Shown: positions 8,253 through 16,463, counted from the stretch's first letter. The stretch is 60,890 bases of DNA from Clostridiales bacterium (GCA_014799595.1 JAAVHR010000022.1:1-60890), one strand, 5' to 3'. The notes: generated by a model not told the origin, from the letters alone. A program made the numbers and translations.

Positions 8253-9542
8253 ATGTTTGCAGATAGTGCTAAGATATATATACGTTCTGGTAAAGGCGGA
8301 GATGGTCATGTGAGTTTTCGCAGGGAATTGTATGTGGCAGCTGGAGGACCAGATGGTGGTGATGGCGGCAGGGGCGGCGATTTGATTTTTGAAATAGATG
8401 AGGGTTTGAATACCTTGAATGATTTCCGTCATGTCCGTAAGTATTTTGCTACAGATGGAGAGCCAGGTGGAAAGAGAAATTGTCATGGTGCAGATGGTGA
8501 GAATAAAGTCGTGAAAGTCCCACCAGGAACTGTTATCAAAGATGCAGAGACAGGAAAAGTTATTGCTGATATGAACTATGAGAACCGGAGAGAAGTGATT
8601 TTAAAAGGTGGTCGTGGTGGAAAAGGAAATCAACACTATGCTACACCTACTATGCAGGTTCCAAAATATGCACAGCCTGGTAAGCCGGGAATGGAAATGA
8701 CAGTTATTTTGGAACTGAAAGTAATTGCAGATGTGGGACTTGTGGGATTCCCTAATGTAGGAAAGTCTACATTTTTATCACGGGTGACTAATGCAAAACC
8801 AAAGATTGCCAATTATCATTTTACCACATTGAATCCGAATCTTGGTGTTGTTGATTTGGAAGGAACAGATGGATTTGTAATTGCGGATATTCCTGGATTG
8901 ATTGAGGGAGCAGCCGAGGGGATTGGTTTGGGTCATGAATTTTTAAGGCACATTGAACGGACAAAATTGATGATTCACATGGTTGATGCTGCTTCTACAG
9001 AAGGAAGAGATCCTTTGGTGGATATACAGGTGATTAATGGAGAATTGGAGGCTTACAATCCGGAACTTGCAAAAAGACCACAGGTAATCGCAGCAAACAA
9101 AACAGACATTTTTTATGGTGATGAAGAAGAAACAGTTATATCTTTGTTGAGAGATGAATTTGAACCAAAAGGAATACCAGTTTTTCCGATTTCTGCTGTT
9201 AGTGGAAAAGGTGTCAAAGAATTGTTATATTATGTCAAAGAACAGTTAAACGAAATTGGTGATGAACCAGTTGTATTTGAAAAAGAATATTTTGTAGAAG
9301 ACTTAATTGTAGCAGATGAACCGTTTACAGTAGAAAAAGACGAAGAAGAGAATGTGTTTGTGGTAGAAGGTCCGAGAATTGAAAAGATGTTGGGTTATAC
9401 AAACTTGGATTCTGAAAAAGGATTTGAATTTTTCCAAAGATTTTTAAAAGAGAGTGGCATTTTAGAACAACTTGAAGCATTAGGAATACAAGATGGTGAT
9501 ACCGTAAGAATGTATGGTTTACAATTTGACTATTATAAGTAA
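8253..9542 (+). CDS. obg: GTPase Obg/CgtA
   Basis: Has the Obg fold (GGDGGRGG), G motifs (GFPNVGKST, DIPGLIEGA, NKTD) and a C-terminal OCT domain. The stop codon TAA (9540-9542) lies inside the repeat element. Confidence 0.95.
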   Translation: MFADSAKIYIRSGKGGDGHVSFRRELYVAAGGPDGGDGGRGGDLIFEIDEGLNTLNDFRHVRKYFATDGEPGGKRNCHGADGENKVVKVPPGTVIKDAETGKVIADMNYENRREVILKGGRGGKGNQHYATPTMQVPKYAQPGKPGMEMTVILELKVIADVGLVGFPNVGKSTFLSRVTNAKPKIANYHFTTLNPNLGVVDLEGTDGFVIADIPGLIEGAAEGIGLGHEFLRHIERTKLMIHMVDAASTEGRDPLVDIQVINGELEAYNPELAKRPQVIAANKTDIFYGDEEETVISLLRDEFEPKGIPVFPISAVSGKGVKELLYYVKEQLNEIGDEPVVFEKEYFVEDLIVADEPFTVEKDEEENVFVVEGPRIEKMLGYTNLDSEKGFEFFQRFLKESGILEQLEALGIQDGDTVRMYGLQFDYYK

Positions 9543-9834
9543 CTATTCAGGTAGAAACACGCATTTACTGCGTGTTTCGTAAGAAAAAATGAAAGTTGAT
9601 TGCTATGTGCTACGCACTCTCGCAATCACCAACTGTATTCGTATTTCGGGCTGTCGCCCTATATACTCATACAGTTTAGCCAGCCAAATATCTATATTTC
9701 TTTGCAAGCAAACTTGCACGAAATATAGCCGTTTGTCAGGACTTTCATAGTAAATTTTGTAATGTTTAAGCCCCTTCGCCGGAGGCGAATTAGTATGGGC
9801 TTAAACGTAACTGTTCATGTTTCTGGACAGTTAC
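9539..9834 (+). mobile_element. Type-1 GTAAC-box mosaic element, full length (modules A-B-C-D)
   Basis: Starts GTAACTATTCAGGTAG and ends CTGGACAGTTAC. A perfect 8-bp direct repeat TATTATAA lies at 9531-9538 and 9835-9842. Confidence 0.9.
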
Positions 9835-9852
9835 TATTATAAATAAAAATAC

Positions 9853-9881
9853 TTGACACCTTCTTACTTTTTGTGTATACT
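9853..9881 (+). promoter_or_regulatory. Sigma-A promoter of ylxM-ffh
   Basis: TTGACA (9853-9858), a 17-nt spacer ending in TG, then TATACT (9876-9881). Confidence 0.7.
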
Positions 9882-9920
9882 ATCACCTGTAAAGAAAATT
9901 GCTTTACAGGTGGTGCTTTT

Positions 9921-10301
9921 ATGGAATTTGAAAAAAAACAAAAAGACAATGACGCATTAGCACATATTCTAGAGATGTCTCTGTTATATGATTTTTATGG
10001 TGCCTTGCTAAAGGAACATAAGAGACGGATATTTGAAGATTATATTCTGAATGATTATTCTCTTGGAGAGATAGCTCAGGAACAAGGAATGAGCCGGCAG
10101 GGTGTGCATGATATTGTAAAGCGTTGCAGCAGAGAGTTGGAACATTATGAAGAAAGTTTACATTTGATTGAGAAGTTCCAAAAAACTAAAGAGACTGTGA
10201 ATGAAATTCATGCGGCTGCCATGCGGGTAAGAGAGACAAAGGATTTAGAAGAAATTGAAAAAATAGAGGCATTATCCAGTCAGATATTAGAGGTATTATA
10301 A
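9921..10301 (+). CDS. ylxM: UPF0122 / YlxM putative DNA-binding protein
   Basis: Conserved position upstream of ffh, with an HTH region (YSLGEIAQEQGMSRQGVHDIVKR). The start is ATG 9921, after AGGTGGTG. Confidence 0.85.
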   Translation: MEFEKKQKDNDALAHILEMSLLYDFYGALLKEHKRRIFEDYILNDYSLGEIAQEQGMSRQGVHDIVKRCSRELEHYEESLHLIEKFQKTKETVNEIHAAAMRVRETKDLEEIEKIEALSSQILEVL

Positions 10302-10324
10302 TCTGATTGGGGAGAGGAGTGGAT

Positions 10325-11662
10325 ATGGCATTTGATAGTTTGACAGATAAATTGCAGAATGTATTTCGGAATCTGCGTGGTAAAGGTCGTCTGTCTGAAG
10401 CTGATGTGAAGGCAGCACTTAGAGAAGTAAAATTGGCATTGCTCGAGGCAGATGTGAACTTCAAAGTTGTGAAGGATTTTGTGAAAGCAGTGCAGGAACG
10501 GGCAGTTGGTCAAGACGTAATGAATAGTTTGACTCCTGGACAGATGGTAATCAAGATTGTTAATGAAGAGATGGTTAAGCTTATGGGAAGCGAAACAACA
10601 GAAATTACCCTTCGTCCAGCTACAGAGATTACGGTAATACTTATGTGTGGTTTGCAAGGTGCTGGTAAGACAACAGCTACAGCAAAGCTGGCAGGAACCT
10701 TTAAGAAAAAGGGGCGTAAACCATTATTGGTTGCCTGTGATATTTATCGTCCGGCTGCGATCCAGCAGTTACAGATTAATGGAGAAAAGCAGGGAGTACC
10801 TGTATTTACCATGGGCGACAACCACAAACCAGTGAATATTGCAAAAGCTGCTATGGAGCATGCAAAAACAAATGGTAATAACATAGTGATTATTGATACA
10901 GCAGGACGTTTGCATATTGATGAAGGTATGATGGAGGAATTGATTGAGATTCGCCAGAATATAGAAGTTGACCAAAGCATTTTAGTAGTAGATGCCATGA
11001 CTGGACAAGATGCAGTAAATGTAGCACAGACTTTCAATGAGAAGATAGATATTGATGGTGTGATTTTAACAAAGTTAGATGGAGACACCAGAGGCGGTTC
11101 AGCATTATCCATCCGTGCAGTAACTGGAAGACCTATTCTGTACATTGGTACAGGTGAAAAGCTGACAGATTTAGAACAGTTTTATCCTGATAGAATGGCA
11201 TCAAGAATTCTTGGTATGGGAGATATCCTGACCTTAATTGATAAAGCACAAGCAGAGATTGATGAAGAAAAAGCATTAGAATTAGAAAAGAAGATTCGTA
11301 AAGCAGAATTTAATTTTGATGATTTTCTGGATCAGATGCAGCAGGTGAAGAAAATGGGAGGATTAACCAGTATTTTAAGCATGCTGCCAGGTGTAGGGCT
11401 TCCAAAGGATATTGATATTCCAGATGATGCAACAAAAGGAGTAGAAGCTATTATATACTCTATGACTAAAGAAGAAAGACAGAATCCAAATCTTTTGAAC
11501 CCTTCCCGTAAGAAGCGAATTGCAAAAGGGGCAGGTGTGGATATTGGCGAGGTTAATCGTTTGGTAAAACAATTTGAACAGTCCAGAAAAATGATGAAAC
11601 AAATGTCTGGTATGATGGGTGGAAAGAAAAAAGGTAAGTTTAAAATGCCATTTGGCTTTTAA
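10325..11662 (+). CDS. ffh: Signal recognition particle protein Ffh
   Basis: Begins MAFDSLTDKLQ, has GLQGAGKTT and a Met-rich M domain. Confidence 0.95.
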   Translation: MAFDSLTDKLQNVFRNLRGKGRLSEADVKAALREVKLALLEADVNFKVVKDFVKAVQERAVGQDVMNSLTPGQMVIKIVNEEMVKLMGSETTEITLRPATEITVILMCGLQGAGKTTATAKLAGTFKKKGRKPLLVACDIYRPAAIQQLQINGEKQGVPVFTMGDNHKPVNIAKAAMEHAKTNGNNIVIIDTAGRLHIDEGMMEELIEIRQNIEVDQSILVVDAMTGQDAVNVAQTFNEKIDIDGVILTKLDGDTRGGSALSIRAVTGRPILYIGTGEKLTDLEQFYPDRMASRILGMGDILTLIDKAQAEIDEEKALELEKKIRKAEFNFDDFLDQMQQVKKMGGLTSILSMLPGVGLPKDIDIPDDATKGVEAIIYSMTKEERQNPNLLNPSRKKRIAKGAGVDIGEVNRLVKQFEQSRKMMKQMSGMMGGKKKGKFKMPFGF

Positions 11663-11686
11663 TATGGTAGCGTAAGCTACAAGTAG

Positions 11687-11752
11687 GCTGCTGTTCACTG
11701 GTAGGACTTTGCACTTGTTGCAAAGTTTGTAAGAATAGGTGTGGACAGTAAC
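11687..11752 (+). mobile_element. Family-2 GTAAC-box element, internally deleted, with a degenerate left end
   Basis: Reads GCTGCTGTTCACTGGTAGGACTTTGCA...GGTGTGGACAGTAAC. Flanked by ACAAGTAG and ACAAGGAA (6 of 8 match). Confidence 0.65.
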
Positions 11753-11783
11753 ACAAGGAAAATATTCCAAGGAGGTGAAACAA

Positions 11784-12023
11784 GTGGTAAAGATCAGATT
11801 AAAAAGAATGGGACAGAAGAAAGCTCCTTTCTATAGAATAGTAGTTGCTGATGAAAGATCTCCTAGAGATGGTAGATTCATCGAAGAGATTGGAACATAC
11901 GATCCAAATCAGGAACCAAGTGTTTTCAATGTGAATGAAGAAGCTGCTAAGAAATGGTTATCAAATGGTGCAAAACCAACAGAAACCGTAGGAAAGCTTT
12001 TAAAGATTGCAGGCATCATGTAA
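11784..12023 (+). CDS. rpsP: 30S ribosomal protein S16
   Basis: GTG start after AGGAGGTG; begins [21 protein letters not shown]. Confidence 0.9.
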   Translation: MVKIRLKRMGQKKAPFYRIVVADERSPRDGRFIEEIGTYDPNQEPSVFNVNEEAAKKWLSNGAKPTETVGKLLKIAGIM

Positions 12024-12033
12024 TAAATATGTT

Positions 12034-12066
12034 AACAGCGGAAGGGATTTGCTCTCTTTCGCTGTT
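12034..12066 (+). terminator. Stem-loop after rpsP, possibly an attenuator
   Basis: AACAGCGGAAG pairs with CTTTCGCTGTT. There is no clear U-tract. Confidence 0.4.
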
Positions 12067-12077
12067 GTACTAAGTAC

Positions 12078-12372
12078 GTAACTATTCAGGTAGAAACACG
12101 CATTTACTGCGTGTTTCGTATGAAAAATGAAAGTTGATTGCTACGTGCTACGCACTCCCGCAATCACTAACTGTATTCGTATTTCGAGCTGTCGCCCTAC
12201 ATACTCATACAGTTTAGCCAGCCAAATGTCTATATTTCTTTGCAAGCAAGCTTGCACAAAATATAGCCGTTTGTCAGGACTTTCATAGTAAATTTTACAA
12301 TGTTAAAGCCCCTTTGCCGAAGGCGAATATTCATGGGCTTAAACGTAACTGTTCATGGTTCTGAACAGTTAC
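12078..12372 (+). mobile_element. Type-1 GTAAC-box mosaic element, full length
   Basis: Near-identical to 9539-9834. Flanked by CTAAGTAC (12070-12077) and CTAAATAC (12373-12380). Confidence 0.9.
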
Positions 12373-12438
12373 CTAAATACAATAATTGAGGTTTATAAAA
12401 AACACTTGTGAAGAATTGGGTATTTGGAGGTGAGAGAG

Positions 12439-12669
12439 ATGAAGGATTTGATTAGATGTATAGCCGAGTCTTTGGTAGATAATCCGGGTGAGGTAGTTGT
12501 AACAGAGAGTGAGACGGAGAAGGGGACCGTAATTAGCTTAAAAGTTGCAGAAGAAGATATGGGGAAAGTAATTGGAAAACAAGGTCGTATTGCAAAAGCG
12601 ATTCGTACAGTTGCAAAAGCAGCGGCTTCAAAAGATGATAAAAAGATTATTGTGGAGATTCAGCAGTAA
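12439..12669 (+). CDS. khpA: KH-domain RNA-binding protein (YlqC/KhpA family)
   Basis: Contains VIGKQGRIAKAIRTV (GXXG KH motif). Conserved position between rpsP and rimM. Confidence 0.8.
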   Translation: MKDLIRCIAESLVDNPGEVVVTESETEKGTVISLKVAEEDMGKVIGKQGRIAKAIRTVAKAAASKDDKKIIVEIQQ

Positions 12670-12717
12670 AAATATGCTAATGTTGCTAAAGGAAAAGGAA
12701 TAAGACATTGCACAAGC

Positions 12718-12806
12718 CAGATAAACGGCTGTATGAAATTGTGTGTTCTAAAGGAATAGGCTATTTGAGCCTCCATAGCATGCCCATTCATACAGCCGTT
12801 TGTCAG
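12718..12806. repeat. Long hairpin (18-20 bp stem, about 50-nt structured loop) related to module B
   Basis: CAGATAAACGGCTGTATGAA (12718-12737) pairs with TTCATACAGCCGTTTGTCAG (12787-12806). It shares AGCCGTTTGTCAG with the type-1 elements. Confidence 0.75.
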
Positions 12807-12813
12807 AATTTTT

Positions 12814-12894
12814 GTAACAGTTCAGCCAGAAAAAATATTTTTAGCCAATTTGTATATTCTGGCACTTTATGAATGGACTTGGCTGAACTCTTAC
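12814..12894 (+). mobile_element. Family-4 GTAAC-box element
   Basis: Starts GTAACAGTTCAGCC and ends GGCTGAACTCTTAC. A perfect 8-bp direct repeat GAATTTTT lies at 12806-12813 and 12895-12902. Confidence 0.9.
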
Positions 12895-12925
12895 GAATTT
12901 TTTAGTGTTAAAGAAGAGGAGTTTT

Positions 12926-13438
12926 ATGGAGAATAATATGCTAAGAGTTGGTGTTTTTGCCAATACACATGGAATTGCAGGAGAAATCAAAGTATATCCT
13001 ACTACAGATGATGTAGAACGTTTTAGGAAGTTAAAAAAGGTATATCTGGATACAGGAAAGGAACTGTTGGAGTGGGAAATTGCCAATGTAAAGTTCTTTA
13101 AAAATATGGTAATTTTAAAGTTTAAAGGAATAAATAATATTAATGATATTGAAAAATATAAAGGAAAAGATTTATATATAACAAGAGAACAGGCAGTACC
13201 ATTAGAAGAGGATGAATATTTTTTGTGTGATGTAATTGGCTCATTGGTTGTAACGGAAGATGGGATGGAATTAGGTGTAGTGAAAGAAGTGCTGCAAACA
13301 GGAGCAAATGATGTTTATGTGGTAGAAGATCAGCAGAAAAAGGAGATTTTATTGCCTGTAATTAAAGATTGCATTTTAGATATTGATTTTGAACATAAAA
13401 TTGTAAAGGCACATTTGATGCCAGGATTAATAGATTAG
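12926..13438 (+). CDS. rimM: 16S rRNA processing protein RimM
   Basis: Contains [21 protein letters not shown] and a PRC barrel C-terminus. The start is ATG 12926, after GAGGAG. Confidence 0.9.
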   Translation: MENNMLRVGVFANTHGIAGEIKVYPTTDDVERFRKLKKVYLDTGKELLEWEIANVKFFKNMVILKFKGINNINDIEKYKGKDLYITREQAVPLEEDEYFLCDVIGSLVVTEDGMELGVVKEVLQTGANDVYVVEDQQKKEILLPVIKDCILDIDFEHKIVKAHLMPGLID

Positions 13439-13451
13439 GCAGGAGAAAACT

Positions 13452-14141
13452 ATGCATTATCATGTATTAACATTATTTCCGGATATGATAGAACATGCAA
13501 TGGGACAGAGTATTACAGGCAGAGCCTTGCAGAACAGCTTGTTGAGTATGGATGTTATCAATATCCGGGATTTTTCAGAGAATAAATATAATAAAGTGGA
13601 CGATTATCCTTATGGTGGTGGTGCTGGGATGGTTATGCAGCCAGGACCAGTGTTTTGTGCGTATGAAAAGGTTAAAGAAAATATAGAAAAACAAGGAAGA
13701 GTGAGCAAACCAAAGGTTGTATATATGACACCACAAGGAAAAGTTTTTCACCAAAAAATTGCAAAAGAGCTTGCAAAAGAAGAAGATTTGGTGATTCTTT
13801 GTGGGCATTATGAGGGAATTGATGAAAGAGTTCTGGAAGAAATTGTAGATGAGAATATTTCTATAGGAGATTATATATTAACTGGCGGAGAATTGCCGGC
13901 GTTGGTGGTAATGGATTCCATAGCAAGATTACTTCCAGGAGTGTTACACAATGAAGAATCTGCCCAGTTAGAGAGCTTTTCTAATAATCTTTTGGAATAT
14001 CCTCAGTATACACGGCCGGTAGAATGGCATGGAAAAAGAGTTCCGGAGGTATTATTGTCTGGCCATCATGCTAATATAGAAAAATGGAGACAACAACAGT
14101 CGTTGGAACGAACAAAAGAAAGGCGGCCGGATTTGTTGTAA
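13452..14141 (+). CDS. trmD: tRNA (guanine37-N1)-methyltransferase TrmD
   Basis: Contains HVLTLFPDM, YPYGGGAGMVM and GHYEGIDERV. The stop TAA (14139-14141) lies inside the repeat element. Confidence 0.95.
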   Translation: MHYHVLTLFPDMIEHAMGQSITGRALQNSLLSMDVINIRDFSENKYNKVDDYPYGGGAGMVMQPGPVFCAYEKVKENIEKQGRVSKPKVVYMTPQGKVFHQKIAKELAKEEDLVILCGHYEGIDERVLEEIVDENISIGDYILTGGELPALVVMDSIARLLPGVLHNEESAQLESFSNNLLEYPQYTRPVEWHGKRVPEVLLSGHHANIEKWRQQQSLERTKERRPDLL

Positions 14142-14371
14142 CAGTTCAGCCAGAAAAAATATTTTTAGCCAATTTGTATATTCTGGCACTTTATGAATGA
14201 GCCCAGCTGAACTGTTGTTACAGTTCACACCTATGGTGCAAACTGTAACGGAATCCAGCCTATTAATAATTCGCTTTCAGCGAAAGGCTGGATTCTTGGC
14301 TGTTCTATCTTCTTGGCACATAGCTTGACAGCAAGTGTCAAGCTTGTGAGTGAACAGTAACGAACTGTTAC
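14138..14371 (+). mobile_element. Family-4 GTAAC-box element with a family-2-variant element inserted in its right terminus
   Basis: The left part matches 12814-12885. The right TIR CTGAACTGTT|AC is split by the insertion at 14217-14361. The outer flanks are GATTTGTT and GACTTGTC (6 of 8 match). Confidence 0.8.
14217..14361 (-). mobile_element. Family-2-variant GTAAC-box element, nested
   Basis: Starts GTTACAGTTCAC and ends GTGAACAGTAAC. A perfect 8-bp direct repeat GAACTGTT lies at 14209-14216 and 14362-14369. That target is itself the TIR of the host element. Confidence 0.9.
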
Positions 14372-14400
14372 GACTTGTCAAAAATCTAAAGAAAAAAAGC

Positions 14401-14429
14401 TTGCAATTTATGTAAAAGTATGGTAAAGT
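14401..14429 (+). promoter_or_regulatory. Candidate promoter of rplS
   Basis: TTGCAA, a 17-nt spacer ending in TGG, then TAAAGT, giving an extended -10. Confidence 0.5.
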
Positions 14430-14509
14430 TTGAATGTTGTGAGAAAAAAGATGGTCCGCTGTTACCAGTAGTGTAATAAGAACATCCTAATATTAAAGGA
14501 GGAAACACA
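14430..14509 (+). promoter_or_regulatory. 5' leader of rplS, candidate L19-leader RNA
   Basis: The call rests on position only. The fold is not verified. Confidence 0.25.
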
Positions 14510-14857
14510 ATGAATAACATTATTAAAAACATTGAAGATGCTCAGTTGAAGCAGAATGTAGATGAATTTAACGTAGGTGATACGGTAAGAGTTCATGCAA
14601 AGGTAAAAGAAGGAAACCGTGAAAGAATTCAGGTATTTGAAGGTACTGTCTTAAAGAGACAGAATGGTGGAATTAAAGAAACTTTTACAGTTAGAAAGAA
14701 TTCTAATGGAATTGGTGTAGAAAAGACTTGGCCTGTGCATTCTCCAATTGTAGAGAAGATTGAAGTAGTTAGACGTGGTAAAGTTAGAAGAGCAAAATTA
14801 TTCTACTTACGTGGTAGAGTTGGTAAGGCTGCTAAGGTAAAAGAATTGGTGAAATAA
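14510..14857 (+). CDS. rplS: 50S ribosomal protein L19
   Basis: Contains [26 protein letters not shown]. Confidence 0.95.
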   Translation: MNNIIKNIEDAQLKQNVDEFNVGDTVRVHAKVKEGNRERIQVFEGTVLKRQNGGIKETFTVRKNSNGIGVEKTWPVHSPIVEKIEVVRRGKVRRAKLFYLRGRVGKAAKVKELVK

Positions 14858-14885
14858 TAGTAACTAATTTTAACAGCAAAAATAA

Positions 14886-14920
14886 GGAACCTTTTATCTT
14901 TGGATAAAGGGTTCTTTTTG
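14886..14920 (+). terminator. Rho-independent terminator after rplS
   Basis: GGAACCTTTTATC pairs with GATAAAGGGTTC, followed by TTTTT. Confidence 0.8.
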
Positions 14921-14988
14921 GGTTTACAAAAAGCTTGTCATGAAGTAAAATAAAAGCATAGATGAAAAAACAGTAAAGAAGGATTAGA

Positions 14989-15591
14989 ATGGAATTTGGA
15001 TATAAAGAGGAAAGCAAAAGCCCTTTTGCAGCGATAATCAGAGAGTGGCCGGTGCTGTTAATTGAGGTTATTGTAGCAATTGTATTGGGCTATCTTGTTA
15101 CAAGTCATGGTTTAGAAAGAATACAAGTATCAGGGAATTCCATGAACCTGATATTACAAGACGGGGATACTATCCTAGTTAATAAAATGGCATATAAAAT
15201 TTTTTCTCCAAGCAGGAATGATGTGATTGTATTCCGGCAAGAGGGACAAGAACATAATTATTATAGTGTGAAGAGAGTAGTGGCACTTCCAGGAGAAACT
15301 GTCCAAATTATGGATGGTATATTGTACATTAATGATAAACCTTATGAAGAAATTAATAAGGTGGAGAAGATGATTACTGCGGGAGTAGCAGAAGAAAAGA
15401 TAACATTGGAAAAAGGAGAGTATTTTGTACTTGGTGATAACCGGAACCAGAGTGAGGATAGCCGGTATTCCAGTGTTGGCATGATTACAAAAAAGGAAAT
15501 TATAGGAAAAGCATGGATTAGATTAAAGCCAACCTTTGATTTTATAAGCTGGCTAAAATACGAAGGGGAAGAAGAAGAGAAAGAGGTGTGA
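14989..15591 (+). CDS. lepB: Signal peptidase I
   Basis: Has the S26 motifs SGNSM, KRVVALPGE and GDNRNQSEDSR. Confidence 0.9.
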   Translation: MEFGYKEESKSPFAAIIREWPVLLIEVIVAIVLGYLVTSHGLERIQVSGNSMNLILQDGDTILVNKMAYKIFSPSRNDVIVFRQEGQEHNYYSVKRVVALPGETVQIMDGILYINDKPYEEINKVEKMITAGVAEEKITLEKGEYFVLGDNRNQSEDSRYSSVGMITKKEIIGKAWIRLKPTFDFISWLKYEGEEEEKEV

Positions 15592-15595
15592 ATAA

Positions 15596-16441
15596 ATGCA
15601 TTTTCAGTGGTATCCAGGGCATATGACAAAAGCAAAACGTATGATGCAGGAAAATATCAAACTAATTGATGTGGTAATTGAGTTGGTAGATGCCAGAATA
15701 CCAATAAGCAGTAAGAATCCGGATATTGATGAACTGGCAAAGAACAAATCAAGAATTATATTGTTGAATAAAAGTGATTTGGCACACAAAGGACATACCG
15801 ATGAGTGGAAACAATATTTTGAGGAAAAAGGATACTTTGTAGCAATGGTAAATGCAAAAAGCGGGAATGGTGTGAAATCTGTGCAGAACACTGTTATGGA
15901 TGCATGTAAAGAAAAAATTGAACGTGATAGAAAGCGTGGAATTATCAACCGTCCTATCCGTGCAATGATAGTGGGAATACCAAATGTTGGAAAGTCCACA
16001 TTTATTAACAGCTTTGCAGGAAAAGCATGTACCAAGACTGGCAATAAACCGGGAGTAACAAAAGGTAAGCAGTGGATTAAGTTAAATAAGAATGTGGAAC
16101 TATTAGACACGCCGGGAATTCTTTGGCCGAAGTTTGAGGATCAGACAGTTGGACTTCGTTTGGCGTATATAGGATCTATTAAAGATGAAATATTAAATAT
16201 TACAGATTTGGCGATTGAGTTAATTCGTTTTCTTGTAGAACACTATAAAGGGATTTTAGAGGGGCGTTATGAATGTCAAGAACAAGAAAATGCAGTTGCA
16301 ATTTTGGAACATATTGCAACTGTACGTTCTTGTAGAAAACCAGGAGATGAATTAGATTTGGATAAAGCAGCCAGAATTCTTATGGAGGATTTCCGAAGTG
16401 GACGGTTAGGGAAGATAACGTTGGAATTTCCAGAAGAATAG
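15596..16441 (+). CDS. rbgA: Ribosome biogenesis GTPase A (YlqF/RbgA)
   Basis: Begins MHFQWYPGHMTKA. The G motifs are circularly permuted (NKSDL ... GIPNVGKST). Confidence 0.9.
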   Translation: MHFQWYPGHMTKAKRMMQENIKLIDVVIELVDARIPISSKNPDIDELAKNKSRIILLNKSDLAHKGHTDEWKQYFEEKGYFVAMVNAKSGNGVKSVQNTVMDACKEKIERDRKRGIINRPIRAMIVGIPNVGKSTFINSFAGKACTKTGNKPGVTKGKQWIKLNKNVELLDTPGILWPKFEDQTVGLRLAYIGSIKDEILNITDLAIELIRFLVEHYKGILEGRYECQEQENAVAILEHIATVRSCRKPGDELDLDKAARILMEDFRSGRLGKITLEFPEE

Positions 16442-16463
16442 AGGGTGGATAACAAGATGGGAT

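Noticed and set aside
9539-9834. REP/BIME-type elements mobilised by a RAYT (IS200/IS605-like Y1 transposase)
   Set aside because: The hairpin-rich look fits REP/BIME elements. However, HUH/Y1 transposition creates no target-site duplication, whereas eight loci here have perfect 8-bp duplications. A DDE-type mechanism is more consistent.
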